From NCBI GenBank assembly GCA_965222605.1, contig OZ244960.1, positions 5,344,001 to 5,408,000 on the forward strand: a DNA stretch of 64,000 bases, read 5' to 3'. The first letter of the stretch is position 1. Each line of letters begins with the position of its first letter. Below are positions 10,652-20,181 of the stretch, piece by piece. The position numbers and the translations under genes are program-made. The notes under the pieces are model-generated. The model ran no database searches. It had not been told where the DNA came from and saw only the letters and a list, made by a program, of their open reading frames with translations. The stretch comes from Candidatus Latescibacterota bacterium (GTDB lineage: Bacteria > Latescibacterota > UBA2968).

Positions 10652-12076
10652 ATGAATGTGATTTGTATTTGTCTGGATACGTTTCGCGCCGATATTGTAG
10701 GACCAAATCAGAAGCTGAGTTTTGTCGAGACGCCGAATCTGGATGCGTTTGCAGCCGAATCTGTGGTGTTTGATCGGGCTTTCGGGGAATGCCAGCCGAC
10801 GTTGCAGACGCGGCGGAGTTTGTTTACGGGACGGCGTACTTTTCCCTGGCGATACAATTTTGACCGGCGCGGGCACTGGCATCACGCACCTGGTTGGCAC
10901 AAAATTCCGCCAGAACAAGATACGCTTTCTGAAATTTTGGTAGCAAACGGGTATATGACCGGATTGGTCGCCGATACGTATCACATGTTTAAGCCGACGA
11001 TGAATTATACGCGCGGATTTGTGACTTATGATTTTATTCGTGGACAGGAGAGCGACAACTGGCGGTTTGGCGCGCGGGAAACGATTGAAGATTTATTGCG
11101 CCCGCATGTGCGTGAACCGATCAACTGGGATCGGCATGTTGGGCTGATGCAGTACATGTTCAATCAGAAGTTTCGACAACGCGAGGAGGATTACAGTTGT
11201 GCGCGTGTGTTTCGGCGCGCGGCGGATTGGCTGAGTGAGAATACACACAATGCGCCGTTTTTTCTGTGGGTCGATTCTTTTGATCCGCACGAACCATGGG
11301 ATCCGCCGCGGGAATATGTGGATCGGTACATGCCCGGTTGGGATGGGAAAGATTTTATAACACCGGGGGCTGGAAACGAAGGCGATGGGGTGAGCGATGC
11401 AGAAAGAGAGCGGATCAAGGCGCTTTATTTTGGCGAGGTCACGCTGGTGGATCGCTGGGTGGGGCACTTGCTGGATCGGGTAAATGATCTGGGTTTGAAA
11501 GATGATACGATTGTGATGTTGATGTCAGATCACGGCACGCAGGTACTGGATCACGGACACTTTGGCAAAGGGGCAGATCGCCTGCATCCGTACAACACGC
11601 GGTTGAACTGGATGGTGCGACATCCCGATGTGTGCAAGCGCGTTTCGGGTTTTGTTCAGGCGCACGATTTGTTGCCCACTGTGTTGGGATTGTTGGGTAT
11701 TCCCTGCCAGGCGGTGGATGGGACAGATGTCTGGCCGCTGGTGACAGGAGAAGTGGATGCTGTGCGGGATCACGTTGTGATTGGGTGGGCTGCTTTTTCA
11801 ACCGGGCCAGCCACGGGCAGGGCATCGGTGCGCGATGATCAGTGGAATTATACGGTGAGTTTGGATGATGTAAAAAATGAGGAACTCTTTGATCTTGTAG
11901 CCGATCCCGATGAGAATACCAATGTCGCCTCGGATCATCTCGACGTGGTGGCTTTGCAAAGATCGCGTATCCAGGCAGTGATTCACCAACCCCTGCCCGC
12001 CACGTTTAACGAAGTGTGTGACCACGCGCCAGCACCGAGTGCTATGTTTGTGCAGGGGAGAAAAAGAATGGGGTGA
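10652..12076 (+). CDS. Sulfatase-like hydrolase with Thr at the nucleophile position
   Basis: ICLDTFRAD, ECQPTLQTRRSLFTG, DSFDPHEPWDPP, MSDHG. Confidence 0.85.
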   Translation: MNVICICLDTFRADIVGPNQKLSFVETPNLDAFAAESVVFDRAFGECQPTLQTRRSLFTGRRTFPWRYNFDRRGHWHHAPGWHKIPPEQDTLSEILVANGYMTGLVADTYHMFKPTMNYTRGFVTYDFIRGQESDNWRFGARETIEDLLRPHVREPINWDRHVGLMQYMFNQKFRQREEDYSCARVFRRAADWLSENTHNAPFFLWVDSFDPHEPWDPPREYVDRYMPGWDGKDFITPGAGNEGDGVSDAERERIKALYFGEVTLVDRWVGHLLDRVNDLGLKDDTIVMLMSDHGTQVLDHGHFGKGADRLHPYNTRLNWMVRHPDVCKRVSGFVQAHDLLPTVLGLLGIPCQAVDGTDVWPLVTGEVDAVRDHVVIGWAAFSTGPATGRASVRDDQWNYTVSLDDVKNEELFDLVADPDENTNVASDHLDVVALQRSRIQAVIHQPLPATFNEVCDHAPAPSAMFVQGRKRMG

Positions 12077-12093
12077 ATGGGGGAGATTGCAAA

Positions 12094-12258
12094 ATGCTCA
12101 AAAAAAATTTTGGAATATTTTTCTGTGCGGTAATTTTAGGTCAAAGTGCGTGTAATAATATTGATCATGAGGGAATAGAAGACGGGCAAGTAGGTAAGGG
12201 TTCACTTGTCCACTATTATCATAATGGCAAATGGCTAAAACTTACGGGGGCTGATTAA
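12094..12258 (+). pseudogene. Short lipoprotein-like 5' stump
   Basis: MLKKNFGIFFCAVILGQSAC (lipobox-like), then terminates early; AT-rich. Confidence 0.35.
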
Positions 12259-12294
12259 TAGGTTGCCACGATCTATAAATATTAAGTCACCGAA

Positions 12295-12912
12295 CTATTG
12301 AGATCTTTCTGAGTTGCGCCCCTGCGGACTGCCCAATTCACAAAGTCGTTTGACAAAATAACGAGCACTGGGGCACTGAGAATGCCGGGCGGCCCGTCTG
12401 ACATCAAACCTGTGATCGCGAATAAATTTTCTGGCAAAAGAGAGCTTTGTTGACCCTGGCCCTCTGCCCTTTTGGGTGCGGAGTTTCTTCAGCCGGTCCC
12501 AGGGCATTTCAGCCAATGTTTCTGGATGAGTTTCGCAAAAGGCGTCATCCCCCAACCACTGGCGCATCGCCATCGTATCGGCGAGAAACCACGATTCCAT
12601 CGACTTTTTCGCTATCGCGACCAGGTCAATTCCTTGGCAGCCAATGATCTCTTTGCGTTTTTGCACACACGGCGCACAGGTATCGGGATCAAGGTCAGCG
12701 AGCACAACTACCTTATTCGGTTTTGCACTCGTCCTGAGATTTTTGACGAAGGTTTCGATGTTACGACTACACATGTTACCGTTGCCAGCAGCATCAACTA
12801 CCGGATCAACCACTTCCAGGTTGCAGTCCTCACGTAGCCATTTCCGAAACAATTTGCTTTCGACCAGCCGTTTTTCTGAAGCACCTTCCACCACGAACCC
12901 CACGGTCACCAT
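12295..12912 (-). CDS. TOPRIM-like (DUF4276/RloB-like) partner of the AAA ATPase
   Basis: VGFVVEGASE, VVVLADLD, SMESWFLAD, C-terminal CPSARYF; start overlaps the ATPase stop. Confidence 0.7.
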   Translation of the reverse strand: MVTVGFVVEGASEKRLVESKLFRKWLREDCNLEVVDPVVDAAGNGNMCSRNIETFVKNLRTSAKPNKVVVLADLDPDTCAPCVQKRKEIIGCQGIDLVAIAKKSMESWFLADTMAMRQWLGDDAFCETHPETLAEMPWDRLKKLRTQKGRGPGSTKLSFARKFIRDHRFDVRRAARHSQCPSARYFVKRLCELGSPQGRNSERSQ

Positions 12913-14048
12913 GGCAGCCCCCCACCCAGAAGATTCGAAAGCCATACTTCATCAAGGCCTAACGGAGCCATATCCTCCTCGGAGAGATTTACAGCATCAG
13001 CCCGCTTCATGGTCGTACGGCCGTCAACCTTATCCACGAGAATGAGTTCACTCGGTTTAAGTGCGCGAACAACAGACTCGCTATGAGTGGTCAACCATAT
13101 CGGATTTTCAGGCGAAGCCTGCTGTCGCATCATATCTACTAGTTCTCGGATAGCTTTGGCGTGCAGCCCTCTCTCTGGCTCCTCAATCAAAGTCATTCCA
13201 CCCTGTGAAGGAGTGCCTATCACAGCTACCAATAAACAAAGTGCGTACATCGTCCCGTCTGAAACGAGATGGGCTGGAAACCGCCTTTCAGTCCCTTCTT
13301 CCTTGAACATAAGGGTGATGCTGCCATCGAGTCTCTGCTGTTCAGTCTGGATATTTTCAATCCCTGGAACAATCATCTCCATCCAGTCTAAAATGTTCTC
13401 GCGCACTTCCGGATCGGTCTCTAAGTACTGCAAGACACTTGCCAGATTGTGCCCCTTTCGCTCTAATCGCATTGAATAAAAATCAGATATCTCTGGCTCT
13501 TTTGCTCCCGTAGGCTCAATCCGATACACATTTAAATTTCTCAGGAGTTCGGCAAAGGGGTGCTCTGAGGCAAACCATAATGCCGAATGAATACCCGGAA
13601 GATCGATTTCGAGAGGTTCGCCATTCACGTCGTATGTCGATAATTCGCGCTTTTTTCGTGCAACAAGTTGTTGCCCATTGGCGTACAAATATTCTTCAAT
13701 TATGGGTTCCTCTTTGGGGTCGTGAATGCACAATGAGTAGTGAAATGCCGATGGCGTTTCTGACTGATCTTCGCAAAGATCGCATTCGATTTCAAAATAG
13801 AATTTTTTGGAATCTGCCCCATGACGCTTCACCGAATGGATATTTGCAAAGTCCCCATGTCTATGCAGCGCGTTTTCAATTCCGTAACGCACAAAGAGAC
13901 TGACAAAATCCAGCGCATCAAAAAAATTACTTTTGCCCGAGCCATTTGCTCCCGCGAATACCGAGAAGGAGGAAAGGCCCGTTATCTCCAAAGAGTCAAT
14001 GCTCTTGAAGTTGGCGATCTTCAATTTGCGGATGGGTTTATCGCTCAT
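12906..14048 (-). CDS. ABC/AAA_21-type ATPase
   Basis: IANFKS, Walker A GANGSGKSN, SDGT, Walker B LIEEPERGLH, LTTHS. Confidence 0.9.
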   Translation of the reverse strand: MSDKPIRKLKIANFKSIDSLEITGLSSFSVFAGANGSGKSNFFDALDFVSLFVRYGIENALHRHGDFANIHSVKRHGADSKKFYFEIECDLCEDQSETPSAFHYSLCIHDPKEEPIIEEYLYANGQQLVARKKRELSTYDVNGEPLEIDLPGIHSALWFASEHPFAELLRNLNVYRIEPTGAKEPEISDFYSMRLERKGHNLASVLQYLETDPEVRENILDWMEMIVPGIENIQTEQQRLDGSITLMFKEEGTERRFPAHLVSDGTMYALCLLVAVIGTPSQGGMTLIEEPERGLHAKAIRELVDMMRQQASPENPIWLTTHSESVVRALKPSELILVDKVDGRTTMKRADAVNLSEEDMAPLGLDEVWLSNLLGGGLPW

Positions 14049-14150
14049 GGCTACACCTTGTATAAATACACTGGTTTAACGGTATTGTGCGACCTGATTA
14101 TCCAAATGCTCCCAAAACTATAGATGATTGTGGGTATTGATAGTTTCTCC

Positions 14151-14822
14151 TTAAACCACCACAGGATCGCTATTTTTTGCGGCTTGCCAGGCACGCCAGT
14201 CGTTCAAGAAGCGTTCCAGACCGATGTCGGTTAGGGGGTGTGCGAGCAACTTGCCCAGGACATCGGGCGGAAGAGTCGCCACATCTGCGCCAGCGAGGGC
14301 GCATTCGACGACGTGTTTGGGCGATCGCAAACTCGCGGCCAGCACCTGGGTTTCAAATCCGTAATTGTCGTAAATCTGGCGAATCGTCCCAATCAATTCC
14401 ATGCCGTCTTGCCCCAAATCATCCAGGCGGCCAATAAATGGGCTGATATAAGTCGCGCCTGCTTTGGCGGCCATCAGTGCCTGGTTTGCAGAAAAGCACA
14501 GCGTTACATTCACGCGAATCCCTTCATCTGAACACGCTTTGATCGCTTTTAGACCATCTGGCGTAATCGGAATTTTCACGACCACCTGTTCGTGAATCGC
14601 AGCATTTCGGCGCGCTTCGGCGATCATGCCTTCGGTATCGGTGCTCACCACTTCTGCACTCACTGGTCCATCTACAATTTCGCAAATCGCGCGAATAATG
14701 TCTTCAAATTCTCCTTCTTCCTGTGATATATGAGAAGGATTTGTCGTCACGCCATCCAGCACACCCATGGCCTGGGCTTCGCGGATTTCGTCTAAATTGG
14801 CTGTATCGATGAAGAACTTCAT
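14151..14822 (-). CDS. fsa: Fructose-6-phosphate aldolase / small transaldolase
   Basis: [39 protein letters not shown]. Confidence 0.93.
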   Translation of the reverse strand: MKFFIDTANLDEIREAQAMGVLDGVTTNPSHISQEEGEFEDIIRAICEIVDGPVSAEVVSTDTEGMIAEARRNAAIHEQVVVKIPITPDGLKAIKACSDEGIRVNVTLCFSANQALMAAKAGATYISPFIGRLDDLGQDGMELIGTIRQIYDNYGFETQVLAASLRSPKHVVECALAGADVATLPPDVLGKLLAHPLTDIGLERFLNDWRAWQAAKNSDPVVV

Positions 14823-14835
14823 ATATGCCTCCTTG

Positions 14836-15882
14836 TTAAAATACGCGCTCTACCAAAAATGAACACATTTCTCTGAGCACTTCTCTCGATTCTGATGGGG
14901 GCAACTGGGCAAGGCGTGCTTCGGCAGATTCGGCGCGTGTCTGGCAAGTCCGTTGCGCTTTTTCAATTGCGCCATATCTCACCATCAAGTCAATCACCCA
15001 CTCGACTTCTTCCTGCGATGTTGTATCTCGATCTCGATCCAGAATTTCGCGCACTTTTTGATTTTCCCCTGGCGTACAGTGGTTGAGCAAATCAATGACC
15101 ATCAAGGTGCGCTTGCCTTCGGCGATGTCCCCGCCGCGCTCTTTGCCATATCCTCCGGATGTCGTCGTGGGTGCTAATGTTGCATCGGTATCTTCAACGA
15201 CGAGATTGAGCAAGTCATCGCGAATTTGAAACGCAACGGCAATGGCTTCGCCAAAATCGCCGATCGCCCGCTTCATATCATTGCCAGCATTTGCAATAAT
15301 CGCGCCCATGGTACAGGGTCCGCGACCGCTATACCATCCCGTTTTGCGCCGCAGCATGTCAACAAAGTCGCTTACATCGGGAATGACTTCGGCCTCGATC
15401 CAACCGATATCCAGTGCCTGCCCCTCAAATGTTATTTGTGCGCCCTGGATCATTTCACGAAGCAAATCGAGCGTTGTTGTTTCCCCTAAAATGTCGCGAT
15501 TTGCCTGTAATATTTCAAATACCTTGGAATAAAGCGCGTCGCCCACGTTAATGCTCAGTGGAATCCCGTGTATCAGATGCAAGCACGGCTTTCCGCGCCG
15601 CATCAAAGAGGCATCCTCAATATCGTCGTGTACCAGAGCAAAGGACTGAAACAACTCAAAAGCAGCAGCCGTGTGCAACCCCACATTGGGATCACCGCCA
15701 AATGCTTCAATGCCCAGCAGCACCAGTGCTGATCTAAACCGCTTGCCACCGCGTTGGGGATAATCGCGCATTGGCGCGTATAAAAAATCAACCGGGTCTT
15801 TATTTTTTGGCAAGAACCGATACATTTCCTCGTCAATGCGAGGCATCCAGGTTTCCAAATAATTTTTTAATCGCGTTTCCAT
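14836..15882 (-). CDS. Polyprenyl (GGPP/FPP) synthetase
   Basis: [37 protein letters not shown]. Confidence 0.93.
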   Translation of the reverse strand: METRLKNYLETWMPRIDEEMYRFLPKNKDPVDFLYAPMRDYPQRGGKRFRSALVLLGIEAFGGDPNVGLHTAAAFELFQSFALVHDDIEDASLMRRGKPCLHLIHGIPLSINVGDALYSKVFEILQANRDILGETTTLDLLREMIQGAQITFEGQALDIGWIEAEVIPDVSDFVDMLRRKTGWYSGRGPCTMGAIIANAGNDMKRAIGDFGEAIAVAFQIRDDLLNLVVEDTDATLAPTTTSGGYGKERGGDIAEGKRTLMVIDLLNHCTPGENQKVREILDRDRDTTSQEEVEWVIDLMVRYGAIEKAQRTCQTRAESAEARLAQLPPSESREVLREMCSFLVERVF

Positions 15883-15887
15883 TTTAT

Positions 15888-16186
15888 CAAATAGCCCGTA
15901 AAACCCATCAGCTTTAGCGGTGGGCTATAAGGGCTTCCTTTTTTAGCTTTAGCGTATATGAACGTTGACATACAGCCAAAGTGTGACTATCCTAATATCA
16001 GGTATGGAGTTCTACACAAAACATACCACCGGTGTAGGTAAAACCTATGGGTCAGACCATACGTGGTCTGCTTTCACCAGTGAACAAGATATATAGCTTT
16101 GCCTATTGGTCCAGGACGATGTACCAAGGTGGGGTTAATCACCGAAAAGCCCACTCGCAGAGACGTTCACGGTTGGGAGTCGTCAC
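15888..16186 (+). mobile_element. Non-autonomous IS200/IS605-type element (299 bp, no TnpA/TnpB)
   Basis: Inserted 3' of TTTAT with no TSD; left end AAACCCATCAGCTTTAGCGGTGGG hairpin; right end AAGCCCAC...TTGGGAGTCGTCAC; removing it restores CGA TAA A ATG. Confidence 0.85.
15965..15993 (+). promoter_or_regulatory. sigma70-type promoter inside the element
   Basis: TTGACA-17 bp-TATCCT. Confidence 0.7.
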
Positions 16187-16206
16187 CGCTTAAACTCCTT
16201 TACTTT
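16000..16206 (+). ncRNA. Putative TnpB-type reRNA/omegaRNA scaffold plus flanking guide
   Basis: Stacked hairpins (TAGGT-AAA-ACCTA; CAGACCA-TACG-TGGTCTG; TTCAC-CA-GTGAA; GGTG..CACC) ending at TCAC; guide would be CGCTTAAACTCCTTT... Confidence 0.55.
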
Positions 16207-18627
16207 TTTGCGAATTTTTGCCTCGACATTTGCCGACAGAGGCCGAACTGGAATTTTTGCATTGCTGTGAGTTACAACATCACCTGCTATGGATATTTCA
16301 AGCCGCGGATGTTTGGGTACATAAGGCTCTTTTTCCAGCATCGTATGTAGTAAAACAAGGGCGGCTTCTTTGTCGGGAATCGTTCCTCTTGTATTGCCAT
16401 CGTCGCCGGGAGGCAATGGTGCGCCCACGCACGATGGACACCCCGCTTCACATTCGCATTCCGACACGACCATCCAACAGGCTGTTATGACGTCCTCAAT
16501 CATTTCATAAGCTTTTTCCGAAAAACCAATACCTCCCGGATGTCGGTCATATACAAATGCGGTAGGTCGCCCCGTATTGGAGCTATCGACGGTGGTGCCA
16601 ATATCCATAACATCGCACATCGCAAATAGGGGCAGCACTTCTCCCATCACATTGGCAATGCCTTTGAGTCCTTCAGATGGCACGCGGCTATGTCGCCGAC
16701 ACTGGTTTAGCCCCTCTTGCGGCGGCACGATCCAGCAGGCAGCTGTATCGAGCTTGCGCTCTGGCAAATCGAGGTTTTCCCAGCCAATACTGTCGCGGTC
16801 TTCGAATTTCACTTTCTTAAACATTGTTACCAGCGACGAGACTGAGACGTCGCCAAAATATACGTCACTGACGCGCCACACGCCCGACATCTCGGTATCA
16901 TTTACGACAATACTCGTCTCGTCAACAGCCTGGGTATAGTAGTCCAGTGCTTTTTGACTTACCCGTGCAATTTTGCGCTCTGTATCGAGTTGATCGACAA
17001 AGTACGTCTGCCCATTGTGCAAATATATAGCGTGTGTATGTATCTGAAAAAACGCGCTGATTTCATCCAGTGAACCGATCACTTGTGGGGCATCTTTTGT
17101 CTCGTCGATAATGGTGTAGGTCGAATCGCTGATATTGCGTAGGCCGACCTCTGCTGCCGGATATCCCGATTGGCTGTAAAACCACTGCCCATTGAGCTGG
17201 CGCGCCATGCCTTCATCTGATAGAATCTCAAGCAGAGCACCCGTAAATTCTCCCATGACTTCGCCTTCTTCGCCCCGCACGGGCAATTCGCGCAAAGCAC
17301 ACCGCAGGTGTCCCACGACGAGATGCGGATTGTTGGGGTCAATGGTCGCGTGTTCGGGAGATTGTCCGAAAAAGTAGGCTGGGTCGCGCATCAAAAATTG
17401 ATCGATGGGCGCGTTGTGCGCCACAAAGACCACCAGCGACTCTTCAGTCTGCCGCCCCGCACGCCCCGCTTGCTGCCACATGCTGGAAATACTGCCCGGA
17501 TATCCCACAATTAACGCGGCATCCAGGTCTCCAATATCAATACCCAATTCCAGGGCATTGGTGCTCACCACGCCGAGCAACTCGCCTTCAAATAACTGCC
17601 GCTCAATTTCTCGTCGTTCTGCGGGCAAATATCCGCCGCGATAAGCCCGAATCGCGCCTGCCAACCGCTGATTTACCATCGATAAATCCTCTTGCACATA
17701 GCGGTAGATCACCTCGGCGGATGTGCGCGCTCTGACAAACGCAATGGTTTGTACCCTGTTGTGAATGAGCTTGCCGAGCAACCACCGCGCCTCGGTATTT
17801 GAACTGCGCCGATCACTCGTCGTGCCTTCCAGAAAAGGCGGATTCCAGAACGCAAAATGGCGTTTGCCCCGCGGGGAGCCATCCCGATCAATCAGGCACA
17901 TCGGATGCCCGGTCAAGGCTTCGGCGTGTTCTTTGGGATTTGCTATGGTCGCGGAACAACACACAAATTGTGGGGGTGTGCCATAGTGCGCGCAAATTCG
18001 CATTAAACGCCGCAATACATTGGCTACATGCGAGCCAAAGACGCCCCGGTAAGTGTGTATTTCGTCGAGTACCACATAACGCAAATTTTGAAAAAAACGC
18101 GCCCAGCGCGGATGATTTGGCAACACGCCCTGATGTAACATATCGGGGTTGCTCAAGATCACCCGTCCCTCTTCGCGCAGTGTTTTGCGCTGGTTGGATG
18201 GGGTATCCCCGTCGTAAGTACCCAGAGAAAATTTCAGTTTTTCGTTCAATTCGCCAAACCGCGCGAGTCCGCGGGCCTGATCCTGTGCCAGGGCTTTGGT
18301 CGGAAAGAGATAGAGTGCGGTCGTCTGCGGGTCGGATAGCAGTGCTTCCAGTGTCGGTATCTGATAACAGAGGGTTTTTCCACTCGCCGTTGCCGTTACC
18401 ACCACCACGTCTTCTCTGCGCTTCAGTGCGGCCAGAGCATCGGCCTGATGCGTATAGAGCCGATCAATGCCCTGCTGTTTTAAGGCGTCGGAGATCGCGG
18501 GATGTAGCGCGCAGTCATCAGCAGCGAATTTAGCTTCTTGCGCGGGTATGGTTTCTATATGAGCGACCTGACCGGCATACCCATAGTCGCGGCGAACATG
18601 CGCGATAAATTGATCAAAATTCATCAT
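16183..18627 (-). CDS. DEAD/DEAH box helicase with DUF1998 (YprA/MrfA/Hrq1 family)
   Basis: TASGKT, PTKALAQDQ, DEIH, SATIAN, LELGIDIG, QQAGRAGR, CECEAGCPSC; the stop codon is supplied by the inserted element. Confidence 0.93.
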   Translation of the reverse strand: MMNFDQFIAHVRRDYGYAGQVAHIETIPAQEAKFAADDCALHPAISDALKQQGIDRLYTHQADALAALKRREDVVVVTATASGKTLCYQIPTLEALLSDPQTTALYLFPTKALAQDQARGLARFGELNEKLKFSLGTYDGDTPSNQRKTLREEGRVILSNPDMLHQGVLPNHPRWARFFQNLRYVVLDEIHTYRGVFGSHVANVLRRLMRICAHYGTPPQFVCCSATIANPKEHAEALTGHPMCLIDRDGSPRGKRHFAFWNPPFLEGTTSDRRSSNTEARWLLGKLIHNRVQTIAFVRARTSAEVIYRYVQEDLSMVNQRLAGAIRAYRGGYLPAERREIERQLFEGELLGVVSTNALELGIDIGDLDAALIVGYPGSISSMWQQAGRAGRQTEESLVVFVAHNAPIDQFLMRDPAYFFGQSPEHATIDPNNPHLVVGHLRCALRELPVRGEEGEVMGEFTGALLEILSDEGMARQLNGQWFYSQSGYPAAEVGLRNISDSTYTIIDETKDAPQVIGSLDEISAFFQIHTHAIYLHNGQTYFVDQLDTERKIARVSQKALDYYTQAVDETSIVVNDTEMSGVWRVSDVYFGDVSVSSLVTMFKKVKFEDRDSIGWENLDLPERKLDTAACWIVPPQEGLNQCRRHSRVPSEGLKGIANVMGEVLPLFAMCDVMDIGTTVDSSNTGRPTAFVYDRHPGGIGFSEKAYEMIEDVITACWMVVSECECEAGCPSCVGAPLPPGDDGNTRGTIPDKEAALVLLHTMLEKEPYVPKHPRLEISIAGDVVTHSNAKIPVRPLSANVEAKIRKKVKEFKR

Positions 18628-18801
18628 GCGGAAGGGACTTTTGAATGCCAACGGAGGAGAGGTAAAGAAGTAAAAAAGAAAGAAGGAGGTACGATATGAC
18701 AATATAGTTGGAAGGAGAATAGGGGTCAACTTAAAAGAGGCGATTGTACGCACAGGCAGGCGTGAATAGAAGGTGGTATTTACGTATCAGATTTTTAGCT
18801 C

Positions 18802-19758
18802 TTACATACCACACGCATACGCGTCAAATACAATGTGTAAATCGCGTTTTGCGCGTGCAAAATCCGAATACGGCTGCCGCGAGCGGTTTTGAAGACAAGA
18901 TAAAAAATCAGCCGTCATTGCTCGATAGCCCATCAAATCTTTCATACCCGGCCAAAGAATTCGAAAGCCTTTCTGGGGTTTGCGAATATAGATGCCGTTG
19001 CTTTCAAAAACAATGCGTCCGCGCGTGCCTTCGATATAAGAATGCTGAAAAACGCCTTTTGTCAAACTGGGCGTTTGCCACGAGTAATGCAATTCGCCAA
19101 TCGCGCCTGTGGCATAGGCCATCCGCACGACAGATTCGCGCTCTGGGTTACTGCCGGAATAGCCCGGGAATATCGCTTCGACCTGTTCGGGCACTGCATC
19201 GAATAGATCTGAAATCAGGGCGATAAAATGAATACCGCCTTCCAACAAAGCACCATAAGCACTTTTCCAACCTTGTGCCTGCTGTGTTGTAAGCTTTTTC
19301 ACAGAAACCGAACGCATTTCGCCGATATCGCCCTGGGCGAGCATGTGCTTGATTTGCGCCAACGAGGGTTTGTAATAATAATTCTCCGCGATCATTAACA
19401 AGGGGGTCTCGACCCGTTCCAGTGCGGCCTCGATCTCAGCAATTTCCTCTAATGAGATGCACATTGGTTTTTCGACGAGTACGGCCTTGCTGGCTTCTAA
19501 TAATGCGATTATCTGGTCTTTGTGATGCTCCGGCGGGGAAGCGATTACTACGGCATCTACATCGCTTTCTAAAACGGCGTTCAGATCGTCAAAGATGCCG
19601 TGTCCCTGGAATCTGGTATTAAATTTATACGCACTTACTCGCGACCGACTGCAAAAATACAACGTCGCCCGCCACCGCAAATTTTTCGCGTGAAGTGCTC
19701 CGATATTTCCACAGCCCAGGATGCAAATACGCGGTTTTTTATACGTTAGATGATTCAT
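18802..19758 (-). CDS. Gfo/Idh/MocA oxidoreductase
   Basis: LGCGNIG, VLVEKP, LEGGIH. Confidence 0.88.
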   Translation of the reverse strand: MNHLTYKKPRICILGCGNIGALHAKNLRWRATLYFCSRSRVSAYKFNTRFQGHGIFDDLNAVLESDVDAVVIASPPEHHKDQIIALLEASKAVLVEKPMCISLEEIAEIEAALERVETPLLMIAENYYYKPSLAQIKHMLAQGDIGEMRSVSVKKLTTQQAQGWKSAYGALLEGGIHFIALISDLFDAVPEQVEAIFPGYSGSNPERESVVRMAYATGAIGELHYSWQTPSLTKGVFQHSYIEGTRGRIVFESNGIYIRKPQKGFRILWPGMKDLMGYRAMTADFLSCLQNRSRQPYSDFARAKRDLHIVFDAYACGM

Positions 19759-19776
19759 TTTTGATTGTACTAACGT

Positions 19777-20166
19777 TCATACCCGTTGACCAAGACAATA
19801 GCACAACCCGTCCGGTGCGATGACAAAGAATATGCGGAAGGATTTATCGCCGTGTTGGTCAATCCGATAATTGGGAGCATCATTTTTTAATCCATTGTTT
19901 TTTAATTCGTTAAAAGCGGCTTCGACATCATCCACTTCAAAGAAGCAACCCTCTTGAGTCGGGTCACCACCGTTTTCCGCTAACCCTATCTGGATATCGT
20001 CTCTTGCGAGTATAGCGGATTGACAAGGCGCGTCCTGCTGAGATACGACCTGAAATCCCATGATTGTTTCGTAAAAAGGGATGGCTTCTTTTAGATTCTC
20101 AACTGGAAGGTTCATGGCGTCTTGTAAGTAGGGCGAGGCAGTTTTGAATACAGCTTTGGTTTTCAT
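19777..20166 (-). CDS. VOC/glyoxalase family protein
   Basis: AIPFYETIMGF, FFEVDDV, APDGLCY. Confidence 0.8.
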   Translation of the reverse strand: MKTKAVFKTASPYLQDAMNLPVENLKEAIPFYETIMGFQVVSQQDAPCQSAILARDDIQIGLAENGGDPTQEGCFFEVDDVEAAFNELKNNGLKNDAPNYRIDQHGDKSFRIFFVIAPDGLCYCLGQRV

Positions 20167-20181
20167 ACTTATCTCCTTCTC

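Noticed and set aside
17799-18533. Long alternative-frame ORFs such as 17799-18533, 4564-5307, 24349-25029 and 30658-31302
   Set aside because: They overlap well-supported genes and lack motifs or RBS
18628-18753. N-terminal extensions in the ORF track (helicase, FAH, Ldh, GrpB, HAD, NUDIX)
   Set aside because: Downstream starts, most with a clear RBS, match the family N-termini; the extensions are spacer or stump sequence
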